From Lama guanicoe (taxonomy: Eukaryota): a stretch of DNA of 64,000 nucleotides. Of the stretch, positions 62,491 to 64,000 are shown in pieces. The stretch covers positions 1,835,168 through 1,899,167 of the forward strand of contig MU053482.1 of NCBI GenBank assembly GCA_013239625.1, read 5' to 3'. The translations under genes and the position numbers were made by a program. Numbering within the stretch: position 1 is the stretch's first letter; every line of letters begins with the position of its first letter. Below the pieces are notes generated by a model. It saw only the letters and a program-made list of their open reading frames with translations. It had not been told where the DNA came from and did not search any database.

Positions 62491-63049
62491 TGGGGTAGGA
62501 GACACTAAAGCTGCTTAACGCTGGGGAACAGCAGCCTCCACTCAGCAGCAGAAGCCGTAACCCTTCCGCTCCCAGGACGGGTCACAGGACATGGGAGCCT
62601 GGGAGGCAGGGGGTGATGACCAGGAGATGCGGGGACACGCTGGACACAGGGATGGGGGCAGCTGCAGTGGTGATGTAAACGAGGGCTTTAGCCTTCCTCC
62701 TGGTCCATGGAGTGCTGTCTCCCTCTGGTTAGCAACAGTTTACCTGCCCCCTACCCCAGAGGAAGCTCAGAGTGATAACCTAGCAGGAATCCAGGAGATC
62801 AGTCCTTGCAGCCCCTACCTGCATGCAGGCCAGCACCCTCCCACAGGAAGGGTCCCTGCCACTCTGAAGAATCCCCATCTGCCCGTGAGCCAGTCTGACC
62901 CAGCGCCCTTTGGCTCTAAGTGTGGCTTCTCGGTGTGCCCAGCTCTGGTGAGTTGCAGAAAGGCCATGCAATCCTCCCCAGGTATGTCATTCTGAGTTTT
63001 TGCCTTCCCTCTCTTCATTCTCCATCTCCACCCAGCCCTCCTGTGGCAC

Positions 63050-63630
63050 AGATGGCCTTTGAAACCAGATAGATTAGGGTTTGAAATCCACCTATACTCT
63101 TTATAAGCTGTGACCATGGACAAGTTACTTAACCTTTCTGAGTCTCCATCTTATTCATCAGTTAAATGAAGATAGTAATTCCTACCTTGCAGGGCTGCTG
63201 GACACTTTCATCAGATACTGTGGATGAAGTGCTGGGCATAGTGCCTGGCACACAGCAGGTGTTAATCCCATCAGCTCCATGCACCTTGGGGTCTCCCCAA
63301 ACCCAAGTCAATTCCCTACATCCACTGCCCTCTCCCTGTATCTTGTCACCCACAGTGCAGGGAAATCTCAGCCTTTGGCCACTCAGCCTGCCCTGATAGT
63401 AGATACCAAGTTCAGATCTCAGGACTCTGCTGGACTCCAGGCACTGGTGGCCACTGGAGCACTGATTCTGGGGCCATGTTGGCTGAGTTTGAACTCTCAC
63501 TCTGTCATTCAGTAGATAGATGACCTTAAACAAATTATTTAGCCATTCTGTCTCGGTTTTCCTAATCTGCAAAATGGGAATAATAATAATAGTATCTCAC
63601 AGTGCTGTTAAGATTTAGTGAGTTAACTGC
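63050..63630 (+). mobile_element. Two MIR SINEs (63050-63270 and 63470-63630)
   Basis: GCTGTGACCATGGACAAGTTACTTAACCTTTCTGAGTCTC; TGACCTTAAACAAATTATTTAGCC...TCTGCAAAATGGGAATAATAAT. Confidence 0.8.
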
Positions 63631-64000
63631 CTGTTCTAAGGCTCTAGGCTGACGTCCCTTGAGCCTGAGGAATTTCTAGGTTGCCTACCAAAGTAGGAGG
63701 AAAAGAGGTAGGATCTAAGTGGGTAGAACAGGGCCACCTGGAGCCTCACTGAGGACTAGTTTGGAGCACATCTCTCTGTTTGAGACCAAGTAGTTCTCAC
63801 AGTGGCCAGACCACTACCTGTCTCATCTGCAGGCACTTGGACCTTCCCATGACTTGCAGCGCTGGAAGGGCCTCCTATGTGCCTGATGGGGCAGATCCCA
63901 GGGGTGCAGGCCAGCTGTGCAGGTAGCCAAAGCTGGAAGGGCAGGAATGAGACCACAGGGGCATGTCCACCCAGAAAGACCCTCTGCATGGGCCAGCCCT

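Overview
Mammalian genomic DNA, very likely camelid: three tRNA-derived SINEs match the camelid Vic-1 type, and the younger L1 3' ends are artiodactyl-type. The window holds the 5' end of LMO1 (LIM domain only 1, rhombotin-1) on the minus strand. It has two CpG-island alternative first exons about 4.6 kb apart. They encode MMVLDKED(G) (5784-5760) and MVLDQED(G) (10362-10341), and each ends in the same phase-1 G|GTAGGT donor. Positions 1-5759 are intron 1; the LIM-domain exons lie off the left edge. Positions ~10.6-64 kb are a gene-free upstream region made of L1, L2, MIR, MaLR-LTR and SINE relics and microsatellites. Between these sit many non-repetitive AT-rich, TAAT-dense blocks that look like developmental enhancers, plus several good CTCF motifs. 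Apart from the two LMO1 micro-CDS segments and an L1 ORF2 remnant (59351-59980), the listed ORFs appear spurious. I see no wholly new gene system. The most interesting signals are the duplicated first exons with opposite leader types (uORF-rich versus uAUG-free), extra splice donors, motifs shared by both promoters, and several unusual repeat architectures. Repeat boundaries and family names were assigned by eye and are approximate.
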